Positions 49,849 through 60,500 of a stretch of 64,000 bases of DNA are shown here, piece after piece. Made by a program: the position numbers and the translations under genes. The number at the start of each line of letters is the position of its first letter. Positions within the stretch are counted from its first letter, which is position 1. The stretch is from positions 124,001 through 188,000 of the forward strand of contig OZ237746.1 of NCBI GenBank assembly GCA_965178125.1, given 5' to 3'. The notes under the pieces are model-generated. The model was not told the origin of the DNA, ran no database searches, and saw only the letters and a program-made list of their open reading frames with translations. Source of the DNA: Bilabrum cf. latius (taxonomy: Eukaryota).

Positions 49849-52149
49849 TCAGTCGCCCCCAAGCCTCGTCAGCGCTGCCGCCACCCGAAACCTCGACAGA
49901 GCCGCCTTTCGCGCCCGCGTGAGCACCAGAATGGCCAGCTCAGTCGGGACCCGGACGTGCCTGACCATGTGCGGCTGCAGCCAGCGCCTGTTGCCACCAG
50001 CGACCCAACCCTTCTATTGATCACAGCCTGCAGGAGCCTCACCCTTCTCCTCGGCACCGACAACAGCGCACCGCTCTCGGTCCACGAGCGTCTCGCGCAC
50101 CAGGTACTTCATCACCACGTCACACACGCGACTCACCGCGCCCCCCACGTGTGCCCTGGCGAACTTGCTGCGGACTACCTGCGCGAGGACATGCATGGTA
50201 CCCCCTACCATTTCTGACGGCAGCGGTTGAGTGCTTGGCTCTTTTGATTTCGGCACATAGGCACATATGTCCATCTTCGCCAGCTCCAGCCCGATGATGC
50301 TGTGCCTGTACTGACCCTCATCCAGCCCCGGCACAAGGCTCGGGGGCATGGCCTCGCTGTTGAGCACCCAGTAAGGAGCGTGCGTCCCGTCGCAGATGAC
50401 CCTCCCCATGACCAGCAGCGCCTCTTTATCCAGCGTGGCGGCTGCATTGGCAGTGAATCGTCGCACCACGTCGTCACATATGTCTCCCATCCCCGCCCAC
50501 AGTGCCTTCCGCAACAGCCCTGACCGAGCCATCGTGCACGCAAGCCGCTTGCGGGCGGGTCTGCGTGCTGTAGTGCCTTTGCCCAGCACTTGGGCAGCGG
50601 TGGTCAGCACCTTGACGCTCCAGTCTTGCACGGAAAAATGGGTGGAGTCGCCCGTGCGGAATCGACGAGAGGGGGCCGATGCGGCAGACTTGGTCAAGAA
50701 ACCGCGGATGAAGCTCGTGTGCTGATCGTCTAGGATCCCTCCCTCACTACTCGCAGGGGTCAAGTCCGCATCGCCAGGGGTCTCGCCTCCGCTTGCTGCC
50801 AGCGGCTAGGGCTTGCCGTACGAAACGACCTTGCACGCGTCTTGTAGGAAATCTCCCAGCACCATCAGCAGGTCCACATGGCGGCACATCGCGTCGCTGG
50901 AATAGTCCCACGCAGGGCCCGAGTAGTTGTGCAGCCAGCTCAGCGCCTCCTCCAGCGCGCTCTTCCGCGTCAATGCCTCCAGGCTGTGGCCCCGTTCGAG
51001 GTGCGATACTCCGCCCCGCAGCGCATCAGCCACCACATCGCACGCGAGGTCGAAGAAACCGTCCCTGGCCAGGCAATCCATGTACTTCTGGACGGCCTCT
51101 CGCCTCGTGTGGATGAGCATGCCGCACACTCGAAGCACCGATGCGCGCACCCGCATGTCGCGGTGAGGCATGCGAGCAACGTGAATGAGAGCGGCGGTGT
51201 ATCCGCCCGTCAGCAGCTCCCGCACAATGGCCGGGTCCTTGGGCTGCTCCAGCGCGCCCGAGGTCATGTTGATGATGTTCACGAGAAACCGCTCGTCCAG
51301 GGCGAAATCGGCACCGGGAGTACCATTCGGGGTCGTAACGTCTGCTTTAGGTTGGCCTGGACCGGCTCTTATCCCTGATTCTCCGCCAGCGCCCGAGTGG
51401 GGGCCAGCCCCGGCTTGCTCGCCCTCGGAGGCACTGCTGGCAGTAACAGCAGCGTGCACGGCAGCCCGGAGGTGCTTGGGCACCCGCGGGCGGAATGGCT
51501 TCGCTCTCGGGGCGTGCGACATCCAGGAGCACTGGGGCGACTTTCCGTTATCTTTTTGTACGGGTTGCGTGGGCATAGACATTCCAAACATACCTGCAGG
51601 GTCAGGAATGTCGGCCGGGATAGGCTGCTTAGGCAGCCCGATGGATTCGCGGGCTCGGCCGGCTGCATCGACGAGGGCAGCCGCGTTGATGATGGACTGG
51701 CCCAAGTATCGACCGGCCTTCACTTTCCCATACTCCTTCGAGAACCACGGTGCACCCTCAATGTACCCGAGCACCAGTGTAGCATCGATCGCGGCACGCG
51801 GACTCTTGGCGATGTTCTCCACTATACCAAGCAGTTTGGGCAGCAATTGGCGTTTATTGAGCAACTGCTGCGCCGCATAGTCCATTTGGCCGGAATATGT
51901 CATGGTTGTTATGGTTCGAAGGGCTGACCGCAGGTCTACCACTGTTGCTGATGAATCAAACAGCGTTCTGGAAGCCTTGGTAGTTGGAAGTGGCCCATGC
52001 TTCCCTAAACCCTATCCTTGCATAAGCTTTTCGAGGTCTTTTGAGCTTCCAGGCACGTCATTGTCCGCAATGAATCCAAACTGTACGTGCGCAGGTGGTA
52101 TTTGCACGTGTCGCGGCTGCAAGCCTACGCACAGTGCATGCAGCCTCAT
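49849..52149 (-). CDS. Uncharacterised, probably alpha-helical (armadillo-like?) protein (TAG=Gln; start uncertain)
   Basis: The frame is open from 52182 to TGA 49849, with TAGs at 52012, 50806 and 50014. No diagnostic motif recognised. Confidence 0.6.
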
Positions 52150-52632
52150 CGGATCGGCTGTTGTGATGCGCCTAAATAAAACTCAATATGGTGGTCAATG
52201 GCGAAGCGAGTTAGCCTGTCAAGCAAGCTGATGTGTCACAACACTGACTGGGGATCATTCAGGGATCGACAGCTGGGATTTTTGTCGAATTTCGTCGAGT
52301 CGACAGATTTTTTTGATTTTTTTGTTGAATTTTACACGAAAATGTTGTTTGGAAAAAAAAAAATCGACGTGTCGAAAATTCGACAGATCATTTTTTGGGG
52401 GGGGAGGGGGGGGGGGGAAACATGATGCTGGGCTCCGTGAGGCATCGCTAGCCCAGTGGGCGCCAGAATCTCGCTCATCGTTTCAAACTAGATCTAGTAG
52501 GTCCGCGGGTTCCCTCACCCCCTTCTCGATCCCTTCACGCCTCTGCAGCTACGATCCACGTACGCTGCCACGGATTCGCACACGTGCAATCAGCCTGCGA
52601 GGTGTGAGCTCTGTCTCGGGGGGCAACATCCT

Positions 52633-52782
52633 GATGTTGCTGTGCCTGTACTGACCCTCATCCAGCCCCGGAACAAGGCTCGGGGGTATGGCCTCACTGT
52701 TGAGCACCCAGTAAGGAGCGTGCGTCCCGTCGCAAATGACCCTCCCCACGACCAGCAGCGCCTCTTTATCCAGTGTGGCGGC
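52633..52782 (-). repeat. ~150-bp near-identical direct copy of coding segment 50293-50442
   Basis: tgctgtgcctgtactgaccctcatccagccccgg...cctctttatccag occurs at both sites (offset 2340) with a few substitutions. Confidence 0.92.
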
Positions 52783-53285
52783 GGCGTACATCCACTAGTC
52801 CTGCGGCGTGGAGGACGGTTTGCCCGAGCTACCTGCCGTCCTTGGAGGCAACACAGTCATGCACAGCCCCCGTGGTTTGCAGTATCGAGTGGAGTCACCG
52901 CCGGCTTTACCTCCAACTGGCACGTGCATGGTCGCCTCCCTGGAAATTTATGTGGCAAGTATCTGTTCTGAAATGTACAAGAGTCTGGATATTTTTGAAT
53001 TTGTAGTCCGCCGGAACTGCCTGCCGCCGGCGAGCACGCACATGGAATGCGCTGTCCATCTCAAGTCAAAGCGATTAATGCAACAACTTGATGCCCTGGA
53101 TGCCCTCAAGCAACTGCTTGCCTGTCATCGTCAGCTGCGTTGGCTAGTACCCAGCAGCTCCACTCGACTGGATGACTAAACTGCAGGGTGATTCCCATGG
53201 CTTGGCACCTCGTCCCCCTGTGGCATTGACTTCGGTCTACAGCAACACCGTCATCCTCCCAACAAGAGCGACGAGCCAGTGGCGG

Positions 53286-53573
53286 CATATCGTCTCCCGC
53301 CTGCAGCCTTGAGCATGGGGCTGATGCATATCGTCTCCCGCCTGCAGCCTTGAGCATGGGGCTGATGCATATCGTCTCCCGCCTGCAGCCTTGAGCATGG
53401 GGCTGATGCATATCGTCTCCCGCCTGCAGCCTTGAGCATGGGGCTGATGCATATCATCTCCCGCCTGCAGCCTTGAGCATGGGGCTGATGCATATCGTCT
53501 CCCGCCTGCAGCCTTGAGCATGGGGCTGATGCATATCATCTCCCGCCTGCATCATTCAGCATGGGGCTGATGC
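53286..53573. repeat. 41-bp minisatellite, 7 copies
   Basis: Unit catatcgtctcccgcctgcagccttgagcatggggctgatg at 53286, 53327, 53368, 53409, 53450, 53491 and 53532 (last copy degenerate). No spacers. Confidence 0.95.
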
Positions 53574-54015
53574 ACGGCATCGTCCAACTATGCTTCTCGC
53601 CTTTCCCGTGTGGCCGTACAGTAGTAGCCCAACAACCGGCTGAAGACACGATAGGCTCCATGAAGCAGGCAGAGAACAACATGTTGCCAGCAAGTCCCGA
53701 CTAGCTGCCTACGATAGATCAGGAGAGCCAGGAGTGCTGGGAGAGCCAGCGACTGCTCCACTGAACAGGACAGTGCTGGCAGGAGGGGACAGACGTGAAG
53801 ACGTCTGCCAGCAAGCTCCCTGCCTGCCCCGCCTGCGCACGCCGCATGCCGACGTTCCTTGCATCTGCGCACTCCACTGCTGCCATTGGTCATGGCGCAT
53901 TGCTAGGAACCGCTGGCACGCACTGCAGGAAGCCTGTATCCAACCTCAACGCCCCACTAGTACCAGCATACCTAGCACCACCCGGGGCCTGGCCTGCAGC
54001 CAGACCAAATCGCAG

Positions 54016-54683
54016 TCACTGCACGTACACGAGCCAGCCGAGCACGATGTAGAACAATACTGCAGGATAAAGCACCAGCAGGCGGCGGCGCTCCTCCACA
54101 GTGGTCTGGAGGAACACGAGAGCTGCCCTGCTTGCCCACGTGATGGCGGCCAGCGTGCAGATCGCCCGGAACACGCCGTTGCTCCACAGGGACCCTAGGA
54201 CCGCGGCGATGACGAGCGGGCAGGAAGCGTAGCCCAATATGCTTACGGTCTGAAAGAAAGACTGCTGGCCGCCCAGCAGCTGGGCATTGAGAGTGATCAC
54301 AGCGCTGCCCCCCCACATGAGCATGAACACGGAAGTGAACACAAGAGATGACTGCTCAGCCGATGCTCCTAACGACAAGGTGCTGCGCGAAAGCGAAGCA
54401 TGTTTATTATGGGAGAGCGGACATGACAAAGCTTAGTCCCCTGACGACAGCAGGCATGGGTTTTCTTTTCTTACATCGACAGAATCAAGCACAAGATGAG
54501 CGGGCCCCACAGGTCCCAACTGCGCAGCCTACCGATCTATTCCTAGCTGTTTCCCACTCCAACTGGAACCATGACTAGCTTGACTTTTTCGTAAACGACC
54601 ATGAGGTCTCTCGTGATCGTCGTGCACACTGGTTCGTCGAGAGTCCGCAACGTGCTGTTGCTCGTATTCCCCACTGAATCCAT
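54016..54683 (-). CDS. YIPF6: Yip1-domain Golgi membrane protein, YIPF6-like (TAG=Gln at 54543 and 54537; intron 54383-54474)
   Basis: Motifs TLDEPVCTTITRDL, LRSWDLWGPLILCLILS, VITLNAQLLGG, SFFQTVSILGY and RRLLVLYP. The intron is phase 2 (GTAAGA...CGCAG). Ends at TGA 54016. Confidence 0.92.
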
Positions 54684-54854
54684 GGCTGGGCCCTCTGGAA
54701 TCGCTGCAGCTGCCGCCATGAGCTCAACAAGTAGATTGGCTCTGGCACTGAAACGCTTTTAGACGAGGCGTACAGGTGGGTGGGAAATTTCCCCAAACGT
54801 TTCAACGCGAGGCATAATGCAATTCGATCGGAGTTGGCGGGCCAAAAATGCGCA

Positions 54855-57263
54855 TCACGAATCCGGTGCCTTGTGCCCCCTTCTGGCGTGGCCACGCCCG
54901 ACCAACCCTCTGCTCCTTTCTTCCAGCAAGTCCCCGCCTGGCTCCATCCCGAACGGAGCCGCAGCCAGCCCGCGCTCCACATCACCCCTAGGAGCATCTT
55001 TCTGGCCCCGCAGCGCCCTCCCCCCACTGGCACCTTCCTCCTGATCAGCACTGCCACCTTCATTGCCTTGCTCCCCGTCCGCCCCCCCCTTCACCTCCTT
55101 CAAGTACCCCCCCTTGAGCGTGTATCCCTCCCACACCACCGTCTGCACCAGCACGCAGGCCACGGGCACCAACAGGAGCAGGGCCCAGATCGTGACACGC
55201 ACCGCCGAGGCAGCACCGACATCCCCCGAAAGGAGCACGCTCACCCCCACCACCCCCCCCTCCGCCCCCCCCCCATCCGTCCCGTCTCCCCTAAACCCAT
55301 GCGCCGCGTGCGCGTGAAGAGCCGCCCCCGCGCTCGCGTGCCCAGTGGCTGGATCGCTAAACACCATGGAGTGGTGGGTCCTGTCCATACCCTGGCCCGC
55401 CCCTGCACCCAGCGCCCGCTGCACATCCTCGCCGATCGCCATACCCCCCTCGCTGCCGCTGCCGCTGCCGCTGCCGCTGCTGCTGCTGCTGGTGGGCCCC
55501 ACCCCCATGCCTAGAGTGACCCCCTCCCCCTCCACCTCCAGGTCCATCGGCACTCCCTCTTCCCCGACGCCTTGTTCCCTGGCCATGGACAGCGCAAAGT
55601 ACCCCAGCATGGGTGCGAGCGACTGGGAGAACTTGGAGGCGAAGGCGGCCGTCCCAACGATGGAGGCGCTCAGCTGTTGGGGCCTATCGTTGAGGAACAC
55701 GTCCTCGTCCACAAGGTCGCTCAGGATCAGGGGACTCAGCCGACACACGCACTCACTCGTCACACGGTTCAGCAGCATGAACACGCAGACGGCCCATGGC
55801 GGAGGCAGGGCCACCGCTCGGGCCACTCTGCCCATCCCCATCCAGTCCCACGAGGTGGCCAAACCGGACCAGGACCCTGCACCGTTCGAACCCCCAGCTC
55901 CATCGGGGGAGCCCACCTCCAGACTGCTGGCACCGTCCTCCTCCCCCTCCCCCCCAGCGGCGGCGGCGGCCCAGTGCAGCAGCCCCCCGCTGGCGAGAGC
56001 AGTGGCCAGCACCGCGCCGCCCAGCAGCACCAGCCGCAGCCGGAAGATCCGTGCGAGCACCCAGTGCAGGCCGTTGCTCCGGATCCATGGTGTGACGAGC
56101 ACGGTGGCGGCGTGGGGCAGCAGGAAGCTGGCCGACACTACCATCCCCCTGGCGCTGGCCGACACCCCCCCTGCAGCGAGCGCGTCCATGAAGGGGGCGA
56201 AGAAGTGCTTCTCGAAGGTGCAGTCGAACACCTGGATGATGCTGACGAGTGCGAAGAGCAGGAAGTTCCTGTGGCCCAGCAGCTGCCTGGCGAACACCAC
56301 CACCGTGGGCTGCTGCTGCGCGATGGCATCTGGCCCGCCGACTGGTGCACTGGTGCCGTCTGCAGAACCAGAACCATCGACTGCACCAGCACAAGCACCA
56401 GCACCAGCGCCAGCACCAGCACCAGCACCAGCGACCGGCGGTATGAGTTTGTCCTGATCGCTCGGTGCGACAGCTCCAGATTTCTTAGAGGCGGCCTTTG
56501 TGCCACGATCTGCTGAGCCCTTGGTCCTGATCCCACCCTCCATCCCCGCCGCCGAGGCCCAGAACACCAGGGTGCAGCCCATTGCAACCGCCAGGCACAG
56601 GGCCCTGAAGTTGCCTAGATCCTCGGGATCCCAGGCGATGTGAGCCGCCCAGGACGTGAGCGATCCCACTGCGGCGCAAATGGCCGACCACATATTGGCC
56701 CTGGCCCTGTCACCTGGGGTGCGCGTGACCTCTGCCAACAGGGCGCCGTGATTCACCTCTACGAGAGTGAGCAGTCCGTCGTACAGGCACAGGGCCAGCA
56801 GGAAATGCAGGCCCGACCACACGCGCGCCGAGGATAGATCACTATCAGCTGCGCCTAATAATTTCCCGGTTGCAAATGCCAGCGAGCCGAGTGACGTGGC
56901 GGAGCTCGTCGTCTCCGCATCCCCAGCTGGCGACTGGGAGCGGCCCCACGCGCTGGGCCACGGGTACCATGTCAGCACAAATGCCGCACTCCACAAAAGA
57001 CCGCCCCATCTTATAGCATCTGTGCGCTTGCTTTTGCCAGATAATACTCTTTGGTCCGATATCCATCCGAATATCGGATCGTTCACCGCGTTCCAGATCC
57101 CGAACACGATCTGTACGCAATAGAACCACCAACTGCTGACTAATGCGACGCTTGAGAATAGCTCCAGATAATACGTCACGAACAAATTATTCAACGCTGA
57201 ACTAGCAAACATGGTTGCCCCGAAGGCTACCGATGGGAGCAACTTTCCATCCATGGCACTCAT
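54855..57263 (-). CDS. MFSD13A: MFS transporter, MFSD13A/TMEM180-like
   Basis: NNLFVTYYLELF, FGIWNAVNDPIFGWISD, LCLYDGLLTLVEVNHGALLAE and LSDLVDED, with multiple TM helices. Uninterrupted 802-aa ORF ending in TGA. Confidence 0.85.
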   Translation of the reverse strand: MSAMDGKLLPSVAFGATMFASSALNNLFVTYYLELFSSVALVSSWWFYCVQIVFGIWNAVNDPIFGWISDQRVLSGKSKRTDAIRWGGLLWSAAFVLTWYPWPSAWGRSQSPAGDAETTSSATSLGSLAFATGKLLGAADSDLSSARVWSGLHFLLALCLYDGLLTLVEVNHGALLAEVTRTPGDRARANMWSAICAAVGSLTSWAAHIAWDPEDLGNFRALCLAVAMGCTLVFWASAAGMEGGIRTKGSADRGTKAASKKSGAVAPSDQDKLIPPVAGAGAGAGAGAGACAGAVDGSGSADGTSAPVGGPDAIAQQQPTVVVFARQLLGHRNFLLFALVSIIQVFDCTFEKHFFAPFMDALAAGGVSASARGMVVSASFLLPHAATVLVTPWIRSNGLHWVLARIFRLRLVLLGGAVLATALASGGLLHWAAAAAGGEGEEDGASSLEVGSPDGAGGSNGAGSWSGLATSWDWMGMGRVARAVALPPPWAVCVFMLLNRVTSECVCRLSPLILSDLVDEDVFLNDRPQQLSASIVGTAAFASKFSQSLAPMLGYFALSMAREQGVGEEGVPMDLEVEGEGVTLGMGVGPTSSSSSGSGSGSGSEGGMAIGEDVQRALGAGAGQGMDRTHHSMVFSDPATGHASAGAALHAHAAHGFRGDGTDGGGAEGGVVGVSVLLSGDVGAASAVRVTIWALLLLVPVACVLVQTVVWEGYTLKGGYLKEVKGGADGEQGNEGGSADQEEGASGGRALRGQKDAPRGDVERGLAAAPFGMEPGGDLLEERSRGLVGRGHARRGHKAPDS

Positions 57264-57566
57264 TACGAAGGTGATTGCCGTATCAGCTGTCCATAGCGTT
57301 TTGCAGGAGGAAACTTTTTGACATCTTATTTGAAGCTATCGTTTAGGCTGTACTTGAGTCGCTTTTCATTGGATTGGCGGGGGAGCCAGAATCGCAGGTG
57401 ATAAGGTGCAGTTTATGTACACCAAAAACAATATTGAGCGGAGCACCGCCGAACCGTATACTTCACTACAGAAGATAATCGATTTAGACCGCAACCAAGA
57501 AGGTTTAGACGTTTGCTTTAAGAGTCAGTTGAATTGTAACTCCAACTGAGTGCCTCCAAAGTCCGT

Positions 57567-60500
57567 ATGGCGGAACAAGCCGCAGGCGGCCCAGATGCCG
57601 GAGCTCGACAGCAAGACGCCGTGAAAACTAGCGACTAGCAGGCCTAGACGTCGTTCTAGCGCTTTGTCGCGGCATCCCAGAGAGGGCTGTTTGGCTTGGG
57701 ATTTATTCTCGCGAAGGATTTCAAGGTGAGCTGCATAGATATCGCCATGGCTAAGCGCGGGATTGACATCGGCAATATAAACGCCAGCCTTCCGCTTTCT
57801 CTCTTGCCCTGCATTTGGCGCAGCCCGTCACGATAATCCTTATTGTCGGGTATATGTTCGACCTTGGATAGCTTCTTTCGTTCCCGCTGAGCGATGACGA
57901 TCGCATGCCGTGGAGCAAATCTCCAGGATTGGGTACGGTAGCATCAAGTCTGACGTTCTTAACTCGTGCTATTTCGGCAGACGAAAATCCAGCAGCATTT
58001 CTAAGCTTGCTAGTCGTTGCATTTCTGTGGGTAGTGTCCTATTTAGGGCTGGCCTACAGCGTTGCCGCCCGGTTCAGCGAGGACGGCCCTCAGTCGGAGA
58101 TTGCTCTAAGGACACTTCGCATAATGACGTCTCTCTCCAGCGGGCCACTCTACATCCCAACATCCACCGTAATTCTGCAAGGCATTGCTTGTCAGAACAA
58201 CAGCTGGCTCAACACCGGGCTGGAGTGCTCCGGAGCGGGCCACATGGTTATCGCCTTTATTCTTTCCACCGGTCTACTGGGGTTCTCTGGACTTGCTATC
58301 TTCGCATCCCTGATCTGGGTGGACCGCTCCCCTGCCAGCCTCAACTGGGGGGCAAGGCAGCACGGGAGGTACGACGCAGCCATGATCCTCACCAAGCTCA
58401 TCCTCGGGTTTTGCTACTCGGTGCTCAACCACCAGCTGGTGGGCACCGTGTTCATGGCCATTCTCCTCATGGCCGTGGGGCTGGGCCAGGCATACCTGTA
58501 CGCATTCGTCCCGGTGTTCGTGCAGCGAGACATCAACGCGATGTACTCTGGGGGAGGCTGCGCCCTGTTCTTCGCATCGGTCTGTCTCCTCATCGCCCAG
58601 CTGCTTGGGCCCGAGCAGGCCTACCTGTGCGTGTTCCTCGGGCTGCCCGCGGTGTTCGGCCTCGGGTTCTTCGCTGCCAGGCGCAGGCTGGACCTCATAG
58701 GGAGGGGCCACATCAGGCAGTGCTAGTCCCTCGCAGACGTGCACGTGTGGGCCCGCCGCCGGATGCAGAGGTACGCCGCCCTCAAGCACCTTTCCGAGAG
58801 GAGCGGGGTGCAGCAAGGGGGGGACTCGGACGGGGCGGCCCAGGCATCGGGCACGGACGGAGCAGCATCTGCCGCGAGGATCGGGTGGAGCGGGGACGCT
58901 GCGGCCGACGCCGATGACGACATGGCAGGCGACAGCGATGGCATGGGGGCCGGCGACGACGGCGCCACTGCCAACGACGACACCAGCAGCGTCGCGTCAG
59001 GCAACTCCCGCCCCTCCCACGCGGCGAACAGGTCCATGTCCACTGCGCGCCGCCGCAAACAACCAGCCTCCGCGAGCCGGTACGCCAATGGGGACGACTC
59101 TATGAACTCGCTCGTTAGGGGCGTCTCTCTTCAGGTGGCCGACCAGCTCAACCCCGAGGACGTCAAGGCCGAGCTCAAGAGGGTCAAGGCGGAGGCAGAG
59201 AGGGGCTACCAGTACGGGATGGAGCGGTTCAACCGGGACGAGATGGCCTTCATCCAGTACGGGATCTTCATCCGGTACTTTTCCAAGTTCAGCTTCCTGG
59301 AGTGCATCGCGCTGAGCAGGGCGCTCAAGCTGAGCCCCAGCATGGACTCGAGGTTTTACAGTGAGATGAATGAGGAGTGCGGTGTGTTGCATTGCATCGT
59401 CTTGTCGCCTTAAGGATGCTGAGAGCTGCAGAAGTCCCGCAACACCCGAACCAGGCCTGAGCTGCTTGCAGCGCTACCTGCGTACGCACTCGTTGTAGCG
59501 TCCACTCCTCCTTTGATCCCCCATTTCTCTATTGCCCATCCATCGCAGTCTTCACTCGGATCCGCGCGCTAAGGGAGTCGGACGGCAGCGGGCTCAGCCC
59601 CGTGGACCGCGTGCTCTTCGACGGCGCGTTCAAGGAGGTCATGCAGATGCGGCTGCATGCCTACAGGCACATGGCGCGGCTCTGGAACACGCTGAGCGCC
59701 TCCCAGCCGGACATTGCGGACATCCTGCAGACGGGCATCGCCATGAAGTCCACGCTCGAGAAGATCGATGCGTCGTTCCGCAGGCTCATGAGCCTAAACT
59801 CAGAGAGCACCGGGGTGCTGCGGGCACTGGCCGCCTACCTGATCGACCTGAGGTCCCAGCCCGACCGCGCCACGGAGCTCTTGAACAAGGCCAACCGCAT
59901 CGAGGACTCGTCCAGGAAGCAGCGCATGAAGCTCGTGCAGAACGTCGAGTTCGGAGCCACGACCCAGGCCTAGTCCATCCTCGAGGACGGTGCAGCGATC
60001 ATCACCATCAGCGGGGCGGCTTCGATCGGCAGCACCTCCAAGCTGGGCGAGATCGTGCACGTGACCCAGTCCGCCTCGAGGCTGTTTGGGTACGGGGCGC
60101 AGCAGCTGCTGGGCCAAAACGTCGCTGTGATCGTCCCCCCGCCAATCGATGCCGTGCACAACCGGCTCATCTCCGGCTTTGGACGCAGCCGCACTTCCAT
60201 GGTGGTGGGCAGCACTCGGCTGGTGTTTGGCCAGCGAAAGTCGGGCGAGATTTTCCCCATGTGGCTGCAAGTGTCAGAGGCCCCGCCGGACGAGCGGACC
60301 GCGGAGCCAAGGTTCTCGGCGGTGCTGCACGAGGTGGTGACCCAGCAGGACTTCATCGTGTTTGGCGGCCCGGAGCTGCAGTACAAGGTGTTCGGATGCA
60401 GCTCTCGAGCCCTCGAGATGCTGGGCATCGAGTCGGAGACGCTGCAGACCGAGGACATCAGCATGGCGCAGTTCTTCCCGTCCATCGACTCCACCTACAA

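Noticed and set aside
52808-53179. 123-aa ORF on + strand
   Set aside because: It has a non-ATG annotated start, no motif, and lies in a rearranged repeat-rich interval, so it cannot be supported.
53286-53573. CRISPR array
   Set aside because: Head-to-tail 41-bp units with no unique spacers, no cas genes, and a eukaryotic context.
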